A DNA stretch of 64,000 nt from positions 1 to 64,000 of the forward strand of contig JBBCJC010000003.1 in NCBI GenBank assembly GCA_037189525.1, written 5' to 3'. Under the pieces are notes generated by a model, which saw only the letters and a list, made by a program, of their open reading frames with translations, was not told the DNA's origin and made no database searches. The translations under genes were made by a program, and so were the position numbers. Below are positions 29,422-37,936 of the stretch, piece after piece (positions within the stretch are counted from its first letter, which is position 1; the number at the start of each line of letters is the position of its first letter). Origin of the DNA: Gemmatimonadales bacterium. Its GTDB lineage: Bacteria > Gemmatimonadota > Gemmatimonadetes > Gemmatimonadales > GWC2-71-9.

Positions 29422-30447
29422 GTGGCCCGCCTGCGTATTCAGACCGAAATCCTGACCCTCAAGACCAAGTACCCCTTCAAGATTGCCCGGAGCAGCCGGG
29501 ACACCAATCGGACCATCCTCGTCAAGGTCATCGACCAGGACGGGCTGGAGGGATGGGGCGAAGTGACGCCGGTGGCCTTCTACGGCGAAACGGTCGAGAC
29601 GGCGCTGGCGGCCATCGATGCCTACGCGAGCGTGATGCCGGAAAACGCCTTCCACCTGGAAGACGCGGAGCGGACGCTCGAGGCCTTCGTCACCGATAAC
29701 AACTCGGTGCGCGCGGCCATCTCCACCGCCTTGCACGACCTGGTCGGCAAACGGCTCGGCGTGCCGCTCTATCAGTTGTGGGGGCTCGATCCGGCCAAGG
29801 CGCCCAAGTCGACCTTCACGATCGGCATCGACACGGCCGAGATGATCAAGAAGAAGGTCCGGGAAGCCGAGCAGTATCCCATCCTCAAGATCAAACTCGG
29901 CCTCGAGAACGATCTCGAGATCCTCCAGGCCATCCGAGACGTGACCGATCGCGAGTTGCGCGTCGACGCCAACTGCGGCTGGACCCGGAAGCAGACCATC
30001 CGGATGCTGCCGATTCTCGAAGAGTATGGTGTGACGGTGCTCGAACAGCCGCTCGTACCCAACGACATCGAAGGGTTGGGCCTGATCGCCAAGGCGTCGC
30101 GGATTCCGCTCATCGTCGACGAGAGCTGCATCACCTCGTCCGACATTCCGCGGCTGGTCGGGATGGTCGACGGCATCAACATCAAGCTGGCCAAGACGGG
30201 CAGCCTTCGCGAAGCGATCCGGATGATCGCGATTGCCCGGGCGCACCACATGATGGTGATGGTGGGCTGCATGCTCGAGTCGTCGATCGCGATTACGGCA
30301 GCTGCGCACTTCACGCCGCTGGTCGATATCGCCGACCTGGACGGCGCCGCGCTCCTGTCCAACGATCCGTACACCGGCGCCTCGATCGACAACGGCCAGA
30401 TCGTGCTGCCGACCGGCCCGGGTCTCGGCGTGGGCGTCCGCAGCTGA
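29422..30447 (+). CDS. Dipeptide (L-Ala-D/L-Glu) epimerase, enolase superfamily
   Basis: LKIKLG, RVDAN, LEQP, DES, INIKLAK, DLDG; GTG 29422 after GAGG; upstream TTGGCA-17-TACAAT. Confidence 0.9.
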   Translation: MARLRIQTEILTLKTKYPFKIARSSRDTNRTILVKVIDQDGLEGWGEVTPVAFYGETVETALAAIDAYASVMPENAFHLEDAERTLEAFVTDNNSVRAAISTALHDLVGKRLGVPLYQLWGLDPAKAPKSTFTIGIDTAEMIKKKVREAEQYPILKIKLGLENDLEILQAIRDVTDRELRVDANCGWTRKQTIRMLPILEEYGVTVLEQPLVPNDIEGLGLIAKASRIPLIVDESCITSSDIPRLVGMVDGINIKLAKTGSLREAIRMIAIARAHHMMVMVGCMLESSIAITAAAHFTPLVDIADLDGAALLSNDPYTGASIDNGQIVLPTGPGLGVGVRS

Positions 30448-30467
30448 GTTTCGCAGTGCGCTGACGT

Positions 30468-30502
30468 GACGGGGGAGCGGCCGGTTGCCGCTCCCCCGTT
30501 TG
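30468..30502 (+). terminator. Probable intrinsic terminator after epimerase
   Basis: GACGGGGGAGCGGC / GCCGCTCCCCCGTT stem. Confidence 0.65.
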
Positions 30503-30540
30503 CGTCGCCGTTGCCTGCGTCGTTGCCTTACATTCCCGCC

Positions 30541-32958
30541 ATGGCCGTCGTATCCCCCCTGGTGCAGGTCGCCTTACCGCTTCCCGTTGCCACACCGTAC
30601 ACCTACGCTGTCCCGGCGGCGCTCGCCGATCGGGTGGTGGCAGGCGCCCGGGTCGTGGTGCCGGTACGGCGACGCGAAATGGTGGGCATCGTGGTGGGCG
30701 CCGATGAGTCGCCTCCGGCCGTCCAGCCGCGCGAGATCCTGGGAGCGCCGGACGACGAACCGGCCCTGCCACCATCCTTGCTGCGCACGGCGGAGTGGAT
30801 GGCCGGGTACTACGGCACCCCGCTCGGTCTGACGCTCAAGGCCATGCTGCCGGGCCCGCTTTGGGGCGAATCGGAGCTGCAGCTGATCCGGGTGTCGGAC
30901 GCGGGAGTCGGGGGCGGGACGGCGGGAGACCTGATCCGCTGGCTCGACCGAAAGGGCGGTCGGGCTTCGATCAGTAGCGCGGCACGAGCGCTCCGGAAAC
31001 CGCTCTGGTCCGTGGCCGATCGATTGGTGCGCATCGGGGCCATCCGGCTCGATACCGAGAGCCCGCCCGCGGAGATCAGCCGGGCCACCGTGCGCGCTCT
31101 GGAACTTGCAGAGCCTCGGCTGGGACTGCTGGAACGGGATCTCCGCTTTGCGCGCAGGCCCAGGCGGCGCGAGGTCTACGAACTGGTGGAGCAGGCCGGC
31201 GCACCGCTGCCGATTCCGGATGTGCGGGCCCGGCTGGGCGTCAGCGCTGCAGTGATCGACGCGCTGGTGGACGACGGCCTGGTGCGCGTGGTGGAGCTGG
31301 AGCAGTATCGCGATCCGTTCGCGGCCATGCGGGTCACGGCGCCGCCCCTGCCCAGCGAGCCGCAGCGCGCAGCCGTCGAACGCATCTCGGCGCTGGCGCC
31401 GGGGCAGGATGCGCTGCTGTTCGGGGTGACCGGTAGCGGCAAGACACTGGTCTACCTGGAGGCGATCAGCCAGGCGGTGGAGACCGGCCGCGGCGCCATC
31501 GTCCTGGTGCCCGAGATCGGGCTGACACCCCAGACCGTCAGCCGAGTGCGTGGCGTCTTCGGCGATCGGGTGGCGGTGCTGCACAGCGCGCTCTCCGAAG
31601 GGGAGCGTACCGACGCTTGGCGTGCACTGCGCCGGGGCGAACGGCTGGTGGCGGTAGGCCCGCGCTCGGCGGTGTTCGCCCCGATTCCGTCGCTCGGGTA
31701 CATTGTCATCGACGAGGAGCACGAGGCCACCTACAAAAACGGCGAGGCGCCACGTTATCACGCGCGTGACGTGGCGCGGGTGCGCTGCAAGCTCGACGGC
31801 GCCCGGCTCGTCTTGGGCAGCGCCACGCCCAGCCTCGAGACCGCGGCGGCGTTGGCCCGGACCGATCGGCTGATCCGCCTGCCGGACCGGGTCGGCTCCC
31901 GTCCGCTCCCGCCGGTGGAGTTGATCGATGTGAAGACCGCTCCGCAGGTTCAGGGCGTCGGCGGGCTCCCGTGGAGCGTGGCGCTCGATGATGCTCTCCG
32001 TCGCACGGTGGCGCGCGGCGAGCAGGCGCTCCTGCTGCTCAATCGGCGCGGGTTCGCCTCCTTTCTGCAGTGTTCGTCATGCGGCGATGTGGTTACCTGC
32101 CCGCATTGCAGTATCTCACTCACGATGCACCGCCACCCGGCACGCCTCAGGTGCCACTACTGCGGCTACCACGCACCTCTCGAAGATGCGTGCCAAGCCT
32201 GCGGTCATCCGGTCGTCCGGAGCCGAGGAGTCGGGACCCAGCAGGTCGAACAGGTCGTGGCCGAACGGGTGCCCGAGGCGCGCGTGGTGCGGATGGATCT
32301 CGATACGACCGGCACCAAGTGGTCGCATCATCGGATTCTCGAACGGGTGGAGCAGGGCCAGGTCGATATCCTGGTTGGTACGCAGATGGTGGCCAAGGGG
32401 ATCGACTTTCCCAACGTGACCCTGGTCGGTGTGGTCGATGCGGATGTCGGTCTGCATCTGCTCGACTTTCGCGCGGCCGAACGGACCTTTCAGCTGATTA
32501 CGCAGGTGGCGGGTCGGGCGGGGCGGGGACCTAAGGGCGGGCGGGTGCTGGTCCAGACGCGGAATCCGGAGCACCCGGCGCTCCGGCTCGCGGCAGAGCA
32601 CGACACCGAGGCCTTCTGGGCCATGGAGGGCGCGGCGCGCGAAGATCCGCCCTATCCTCCGACGGTTTCCCTGGTCAACATCATCGTCTCGGGGACCTCG
32701 GAAGGCATGGTGTCCCGTACCTGCGCAGACGCCGCCGATTGGGTCGCGGCGCTGGTCGACCGCTTCCAGTTGCCGGTCCTCGTGCTGGGGCCTGCGCCGT
32801 GTCCGATCGAGAAGGTCAAGGACCGCTTTCGCTGGCACGTCGTGCTCAAGGGACCCGACGGAGCGTTGGGGCGAATCGTCAGGTACGCATCGTCGCGGCT
32901 GACGGGAACTGCCCAGGTCCGGATTGCCATCGATCGTGATCCGGTGTCGATGCTCTGA
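30541..32958 (+). CDS. priA: Primosomal protein N' (replication restart helicase)
   Basis: GVTGSGKT, IDEEHE, GSATPS, four CxxC pairs, QVAGRAGR. Confidence 0.98.
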   Translation: MAVVSPLVQVALPLPVATPYTYAVPAALADRVVAGARVVVPVRRREMVGIVVGADESPPAVQPREILGAPDDEPALPPSLLRTAEWMAGYYGTPLGLTLKAMLPGPLWGESELQLIRVSDAGVGGGTAGDLIRWLDRKGGRASISSAARALRKPLWSVADRLVRIGAIRLDTESPPAEISRATVRALELAEPRLGLLERDLRFARRPRRREVYELVEQAGAPLPIPDVRARLGVSAAVIDALVDDGLVRVVELEQYRDPFAAMRVTAPPLPSEPQRAAVERISALAPGQDALLFGVTGSGKTLVYLEAISQAVETGRGAIVLVPEIGLTPQTVSRVRGVFGDRVAVLHSALSEGERTDAWRALRRGERLVAVGPRSAVFAPIPSLGYIVIDEEHEATYKNGEAPRYHARDVARVRCKLDGARLVLGSATPSLETAAALARTDRLIRLPDRVGSRPLPPVELIDVKTAPQVQGVGGLPWSVALDDALRRTVARGEQALLLLNRRGFASFLQCSSCGDVVTCPHCSISLTMHRHPARLRCHYCGYHAPLEDACQACGHPVVRSRGVGTQQVEQVVAERVPEARVVRMDLDTTGTKWSHHRILERVEQGQVDILVGTQMVAKGIDFPNVTLVGVVDADVGLHLLDFRAAERTFQLITQVAGRAGRGPKGGRVLVQTRNPEHPALRLAAEHDTEAFWAMEGAAREDPPYPPTVSLVNIIVSGTSEGMVSRTCADAADWVAALVDRFQLPVLVLGPAPCPIEKVKDRFRWHVVLKGPDGALGRIVRYASSRLTGTAQVRIAIDRDPVSML

Positions 32959-32973
32959 TGGGTCGGAAGCGGT

Positions 32974-35073
32974 TTAGCGGCGACCCAGCGACGCCTCCAT
33001 TCCCGCGTAGAACCAGCGTCCCGGCGCCGGCTCGTAGACACGCCCGCCGAAGCCGTTGACCGTTACCGAGGCCACGTAGCGGCGGTTCCAGAGGTTGGAC
33101 ACGCCGACGAAAGGCGCGATGCCCAATCCATTCGTGACGCCCGTTGCCGCGCGAAGCCGGATCGACGTAATTCCGAGCCCCCATCCATCCGCAGCAAGCG
33201 TATTCCGGTCGTCGGCGTAGATGCGGGAGGTGATCTGCTGGTCCCATTCGACCAGCAGCGGCCCTGCGCTGGCGGTCAGGACCCCGCGGAAGAGATGGCG
33301 CGGAATGCCCGGGACCAGATTGCCGTCCAACGGAAACTCGAGGGCGCCGTCGCGCAGCAGATAGCGGCTGAAGCGGGCGTCGGTATGGCTGTAGCTGATC
33401 TGTGTAGCAACCCATCGGGCCGGTTGCCAGCTGGCGCCGATTTCCACGCCGCGAATGGTCAGTCGGGCCGCGTTTTCGAAGTAGGCGCGGCCGTCCTGTT
33501 CGCGGGCCTGGACCAGGGCATCCCGCACGGTGGAGCGATAGACCGCGAGGTGCGCGGTCACCGCGCCATAGGTGCGCAGGCCGGCTTCGGTCGTCAGGGT
33601 GCGCTGGGGGCCCAGGTCCCGATTGAATCCAATGGTACCGTTGGCCTGATTGACCAGTTCCGTGGTGGTCGGCGTTTCGAAAGCGCTCGCCACGGTGGCA
33701 TATCCGACCAGGCCGGCCGATAGTGCGTAGCTGGCGCCGATGCTTCCGCTGAAGGCGCCCATCACGTTCTTGCCCGACTGGTCGACTCCGTCGGCGAGGT
33801 ACCGATCGGCGACGCGAAAGGCCACCCGGTCGTAGCGCGCCGCGGTCGAGACGGTCAATCCGGCAGCCGGCTCGAGGTGGAGGAGGAGATAGGGGCCGAG
33901 TTCCGTGGTCGTCTCGCGTTGATCGGCGACGACCGTATCTGTCGGAGCGCCGCCTCGGGAGCGCTGATTGGTGCGATCATCGCGCATCGATTGCAGGTCG
34001 ATGCCGAAGCCGAGCCGGGTCCCGCGTCCGTCGAGGGTTTGTTGACCGGAGAGACGGACCCCGCCGGCCACCCGGTCGATGGCGCTGAAGGTGCCGACGG
34101 TCGGGCCGGCCGGTCCTGGTGGCGCCGTAGCGAGCGGATTGGTCAGGTCACGGGCCAGGCCGAATATGGTCAGTTCCCCGCTGGTGCCGCGACCGTTTTC
34201 GTGCGTCAGGGTTATGCCCGCTTGGTGCTGCCGGACCGCCTTGTCGGCGCCGCGCAGGATGTTATTGCCGGCCGCGCTATCGCGGTTGGCGTGCAGTTCC
34301 GCGAGCGTCAGGGCGCCGGGATTTTGGGCTTCGGGGCTGTCGGCATAGTAGTAGCGCGCCTTGAGGAGCCAGCGCGCATCGAGGATCCGATTAGCGGCCA
34401 GGGTGAGTTGAGTGGCGTTGCTGGTGCTCTGTTGTCGCACCCCGCTCGATGCGTACCGGGCCACCGCTGCCGAGCCGCTCCAGCCGCCGTTGCTGCCAGC
34501 CATTTCGCCCGCCACTCGACTGGTGCCGAAGCTGCCGCCCCCTGCGCGAATCCGGCCCGACCAGCGCTCGGTGGGCAGGGCCGATTCGAACGCGACGACC
34601 CCGCCGCCGGCGTTGCCGTACATGGCCGACGCGGCGCCGAGCAGCACTTCGATCCGGTCGACCAGTCCCAGGTCGAGATTCGACAGCTGGGTTTGGCCGT
34701 CGGGCAGGGTGAGTGGGATGCCGTCGAGGAGGACTTTGACGCCGCGGACCCCGAAATTGGCCCGCGCACCGGCTCCCCGAATGGCCAGCCGCTGATCCAG
34801 CGAAGGATTGAACCGGTTGGCCACGTAGAGGCCGGGTACCCGGCCCAGGACCTCGTCGAGCCCGTTCTGCAACTGGGTACCGCGGAGCGTGGCGCTGTCC
34901 ACCACGACCACGGTGGCCGGGACATAGAGCGACCGCTCGGCGGTCCGGGTGACCCGTACCTCGACCGGGGCGAGCCGGGCGGGGCGCAGCGTGTCGGCGG
35001 CGGCCGGCGGGGGCTGCATCTCGAATGACCCCGCCAGCGCGAGGCCCAGCAGGAAAGCGGTGTGACCGACCAT
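32974..35073 (-). CDS. TonB-dependent receptor
   Basis: IRGAGARANFGVRGVKVLLDGIPLTLPDGQ plug, FETPT, YEPAPGR. Confidence 0.92.
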   Translation of the reverse strand: MVGHTAFLLGLALAGSFEMQPPPAAADTLRPARLAPVEVRVTRTAERSLYVPATVVVVDSATLRGTQLQNGLDEVLGRVPGLYVANRFNPSLDQRLAIRGAGARANFGVRGVKVLLDGIPLTLPDGQTQLSNLDLGLVDRIEVLLGAASAMYGNAGGGVVAFESALPTERWSGRIRAGGGSFGTSRVAGEMAGSNGGWSGSAAVARYASSGVRQQSTSNATQLTLAANRILDARWLLKARYYYADSPEAQNPGALTLAELHANRDSAAGNNILRGADKAVRQHQAGITLTHENGRGTSGELTIFGLARDLTNPLATAPPGPAGPTVGTFSAIDRVAGGVRLSGQQTLDGRGTRLGFGIDLQSMRDDRTNQRSRGGAPTDTVVADQRETTTELGPYLLLHLEPAAGLTVSTAARYDRVAFRVADRYLADGVDQSGKNVMGAFSGSIGASYALSAGLVGYATVASAFETPTTTELVNQANGTIGFNRDLGPQRTLTTEAGLRTYGAVTAHLAVYRSTVRDALVQAREQDGRAYFENAARLTIRGVEIGASWQPARWVATQISYSHTDARFSRYLLRDGALEFPLDGNLVPGIPRHLFRGVLTASAGPLLVEWDQQITSRIYADDRNTLAADGWGLGITSIRLRAATGVTNGLGIAPFVGVSNLWNRRYVASVTVNGFGGRVYEPAPGRWFYAGMEASLGRR

Positions 35074-35092
35074 GCGGCAAAAAATAGCGTGC

Positions 35093-35122
35093 TTGATACG
35101 GGGTCGGGGGAGGGCCTATTTT
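35093..35122 (+). promoter_or_regulatory. Sigma70-type promoter, predicted leaderless transcript
   Basis: TTGATA-18 nt-TATTTT, ATG 6 nt downstream. Confidence 0.55.
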
Positions 35123-35128
35123 CTCCCG

Positions 35129-35203
35129 ATGGAATACCCCGGGTACTCGCCCGCCTTTCGCGTGGTCGAGCAGGTTACGACCCGCGCGCTCGTCCTCGAA
35201 TGA
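35129..35203 (+). CDS. Putative leaderless 24-aa peptide MEYPGYSPAFRVVEQVTTRALVLE
   Basis: ATG at predicted +1; stop overlaps next ATG (ATGA). Confidence 0.5.
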   Translation: MEYPGYSPAFRVVEQVTTRALVLE

Positions 35204-35622
35204 TCAGTGGGAACATGGCTCCTGGTGTGACTCCAACCGGCCCTGGTGTCGGCGAAGGCTGGACCCGGCTGGTGGATGCAATTCGTCTTGTGCTGCCGGT
35301 CGCGGAACTCGATGGTCTGTGGGTCTTTCGGACCATTCGCCACCAGCAGCGGGATTTCGGCACGGCAATCCTGTCTCGAATCGACGGCGACCGGCGCCGG
35401 ATCTATACCGCCCGGTACGTCCTGACGGTAAAGGGTAAGACCCGCGGACAGTTCGAGTCCGCCATCGAGGAGGTCGGGAGCGGGCCGATCGAGGCACTGG
35501 CCGAGCTTCTGGCGCTGGTACCGAAGCGCTCGGACGACGAGGAGCCGCCGACTGCGATCCCCCTCGAACAGTGGTTCCCGCCGGCTCCGGAGGAGGTCGA
35601 GGCCGTTGCTGACGCGAGCTGA
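35200..35622 (+). CDS. Hypothetical protein
   Basis: Open frame, globular-looking, overlaps fur start; start 35200 or 35215. Confidence 0.75.
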   Translation: MISGNMAPGVTPTGPGVGEGWTRLVDAIRLVLPVAELDGLWVFRTIRHQQRDFGTAILSRIDGDRRRIYTARYVLTVKGKTRGQFESAIEEVGSGPIEALAELLALVPKRSDDEEPPTAIPLEQWFPPAPEEVEAVADAS

Positions 35623-36088
35623 AAGCAGCGCGTTGGTCGAGCGATTCCGCCGCTACCTGCGCGATCGCCGGTTACCGGTTACCCGTCAACGGGTCACCGT
35701 GGCGGAAGTCCTGCTGTCGAGCGACGACCACCCGTCGGTCGAGCTCTTGCGCCGCCGTCTGGTCGAGCGCGGCGAGCACGTCGGGATGGCCACACTCTAT
35801 CGGACCGTCGATGCCCTGGTCAAAAGCGGCCTGGTGCGGGAACGGGACTTCGGCGAGGGCTACAAGCGCTACGAACCTGCCCGCGAAGCAAACGAGCATG
35901 CCCACCTGGTGTGCCGGCGATGCGGCGCGGTGGTCGAGTTCAGCAATGAGCGGCTCGAGCGCATGCTGCGCATCACGGCCGACGAACATCACTTTCAGTA
36001 TGAACGCCATCGGGTCGAAATCCATGGCGTGTGCGAACAGTGCCGGAGCGGTGACCTGGGCGGACTGGGCGGGTTTCCCGGACGATGA
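35606..36088 (+). CDS. fur: Fur family transcriptional regulator
   Basis: TRQR, ATLYRT, HAHLVCRRCG, CEQC; TTG start with AGGAGG; metal specificity unknown. Confidence 0.92.
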   Translation: MLTRAESSALVERFRRYLRDRRLPVTRQRVTVAEVLLSSDDHPSVELLRRRLVERGEHVGMATLYRTVDALVKSGLVRERDFGEGYKRYEPAREANEHAHLVCRRCGAVVEFSNERLERMLRITADEHHFQYERHRVEIHGVCEQCRSGDLGGLGGFPGR

Positions 36089-36816
36089 CCGAATCCTCCG
36101 GCAGCCTGGGCCCCCTGGTCGCGTTCTTCGGGGGGATCCTCAGTTTCCTCTCCCCCTGCGTGCTCCCGCTGGTGCCGTCGTATCTCGGCTTCATCACCGG
36201 CTTCACGCTCGAGGAAATCGGGAAACGCCGCCGCCTGGCGATGATCCACGCGACGCTGTTCGTGATCGGGTTCTCGCTCATCTTCGTGCTGCTCGGCGCC
36301 AGTGCCACGGCGCTTGGTGCGTCGCTCCGGATCTACAAAGACGTCATCATGCGGGCGGGCGGCGTGCTCATCATTCTGTTCGGGCTCTATTGCCTGGGCG
36401 TGATCAAGCTCGGCTTCCTGTCCCAGGAACATCGGGTCCACCTCGACCGGAAGCCGGTCGGATTTTTGGGCTCCGTGCTGGTCGGTATGGCGTTCGGGGC
36501 GGGGTGGAGTCCCTGCATCGGACCGATTCTGGGTGGGATTCTGAGCCTGGCGGCCACCGAGGCCGATCTGGGGCGCGGTGTCTGGCTCCTGGTCGCCTAT
36601 TCCGCGGGCCTGGCGGTGCCGTTCCTCGTCGCGGCCTACACGGTCGAGTCCTTTCTCGACTGGTTCAAACGCTTCCGGCGCCATCTGCACCTGGTGCAGC
36701 GGATCAGCGGCGCCCTGCTCGTCGTGGTCGGCCTGCTGATCGCCTCGGGTCAGTTCACCCGCCTGGCGGGCTATCTGCAGCGCCTAACCCCGGATTTCCT
36801 GCTGCGGTTCATGTAG
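36085..36816 (+). CDS. ccdA: Cytochrome c biogenesis protein CcdA (DsbD beta domain)
   Basis: SFLSPCVLPLVPSY, GWSPCIGPILG. Confidence 0.93.
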   Translation: MTESSGSLGPLVAFFGGILSFLSPCVLPLVPSYLGFITGFTLEEIGKRRRLAMIHATLFVIGFSLIFVLLGASATALGASLRIYKDVIMRAGGVLIILFGLYCLGVIKLGFLSQEHRVHLDRKPVGFLGSVLVGMAFGAGWSPCIGPILGGILSLAATEADLGRGVWLLVAYSAGLAVPFLVAAYTVESFLDWFKRFRRHLHLVQRISGALLVVVGLLIASGQFTRLAGYLQRLTPDFLLRFM

Positions 36817-37033
36817 CTCCCAATCGGTCATCCGGAGCCGGCAGGTAACGGAGTGGCCTATATTCCGGCGTTGGCGTGCGATCGTCCCGGGCTTGGGCGT
36901 CTCCATAGGCATCATCAGCGCAACCCGGGGACGCCGCCGGTTCGAAGGACACGCCCCGCGAGTTGGCGAGGCTGGGTCGCCGGAGCGCTCGGCGTATAGC
37001 GATACGACAGGTTGATTCATTACGGAGGGACGG

Positions 37034-37861
37034 ATGAGAGCCAAAGAGATTGTCGGAACAGCGTTGCTCGTACTGATTGCAGCCTGCGGAAAGGGCGACC
37101 AGGCCAACCAGCAGGAGCCGGGTCGGGATCTCTCCCTGGCCCCGGTCGATTCCACGGCGGTCCTCGATGACACGCCCCGGCCCGAAACGGAGACGCCGCC
37201 CCCCGCGCCGGCGCCTACGCCCGCACCGGCTCCCGCGCCGTCACGTCCGGCTCCTCGGCCGGCGCCCCCGGCGGCTCAGCCTGCTCCGGCTCCCGCGCCG
37301 GCTCCTGCTCCGGCTCCTGCGGCGCCGGCCACCCGGAGCGTCGCGTCCGGCACCAATGTGGCGCTGACCTCGGCGGTCGAGTTCTCGAGCAAGACCCACA
37401 AGGTTGGACAGACCGTGACGGCCAACGTTCCGAATGACGTGACGGACGATGCCGGCCGGGTGGTCATTCCGGCTGGCGCCACGGTGACCCTCGTGATCTC
37501 CGAGTTGACCGTTTCCGAGAACAAATCGGATTCGGGCAAAGTGTCGCTCCGCGCCACGCAGGTGGCATTCGGTGGCGAGACCTACGAGATCGATGGCGTG
37601 ACGACCAGCGTTGCCTACGAACTCAAAGGCCGGGGTGTCCAGGCCGGTGATGCGGCCAAGGTCGGTGCCGGTGCCGCAGCCGGCGCCATCGTCGGCCGGG
37701 TCATCGGCGGGAACAAGAAGGGCACCATCGTCGGCGGCGTCATCGGCGCCGCGGCCGGCACTGCCGTGGCCGCCAACTCGGCCGATCGCGATATCGTCGT
37801 GGCCAGCGGGGCCCGGATCGCGCTCCGGCTGCGAAGCGCGTTCGAGACAAAGGCGAGCTGA
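37034..37861 (+). CDS. Lipoprotein with Pro/Ala linker, TrbI/VirB10-like beta domain and glycine zipper
   Basis: Lipobox LIAAC, (PA)n linker, VVIPAGATV, GAAAGAIVG..GGVIGAAAG. Confidence 0.75.
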   Translation: MRAKEIVGTALLVLIAACGKGDQANQQEPGRDLSLAPVDSTAVLDDTPRPETETPPPAPAPTPAPAPAPSRPAPRPAPPAAQPAPAPAPAPAPAPAAPATRSVASGTNVALTSAVEFSSKTHKVGQTVTANVPNDVTDDAGRVVIPAGATVTLVISELTVSENKSDSGKVSLRATQVAFGGETYEIDGVTTSVAYELKGRGVQAGDAAKVGAGAAAGAIVGRVIGGNKKGTIVGGVIGAAAGTAVAANSADRDIVVASGARIALRLRSAFETKAS

Positions 37862-37875
37862 CCGACAGCTGCTGA

Positions 37876-37920
37876 GAAAAAAGAACGGGGCAGGCGTCGA
37901 TTGGCGCCTGCCCCGTTTTC
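37876..37920. terminator. Bidirectional intrinsic terminator
   Basis: A-tract, AACGGGGCAGGCGTC / GGCGCCTGCCCCGTT, T-tract, between convergent genes. Confidence 0.8.
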
Positions 37921-37936
37921 GTTGCTCGACCCTGCG

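Noticed and set aside
35074..35128. Fur box between the TonB receptor and the fur operon
   Set aside because: No GATAATGATAATCATTATC-like palindrome seen
37190..37330. Short tandem repeats as CRISPR or mobile repeat
   Set aside because: They encode the Pro-Ala linker of the lipoprotein; no spacers and no cas genes
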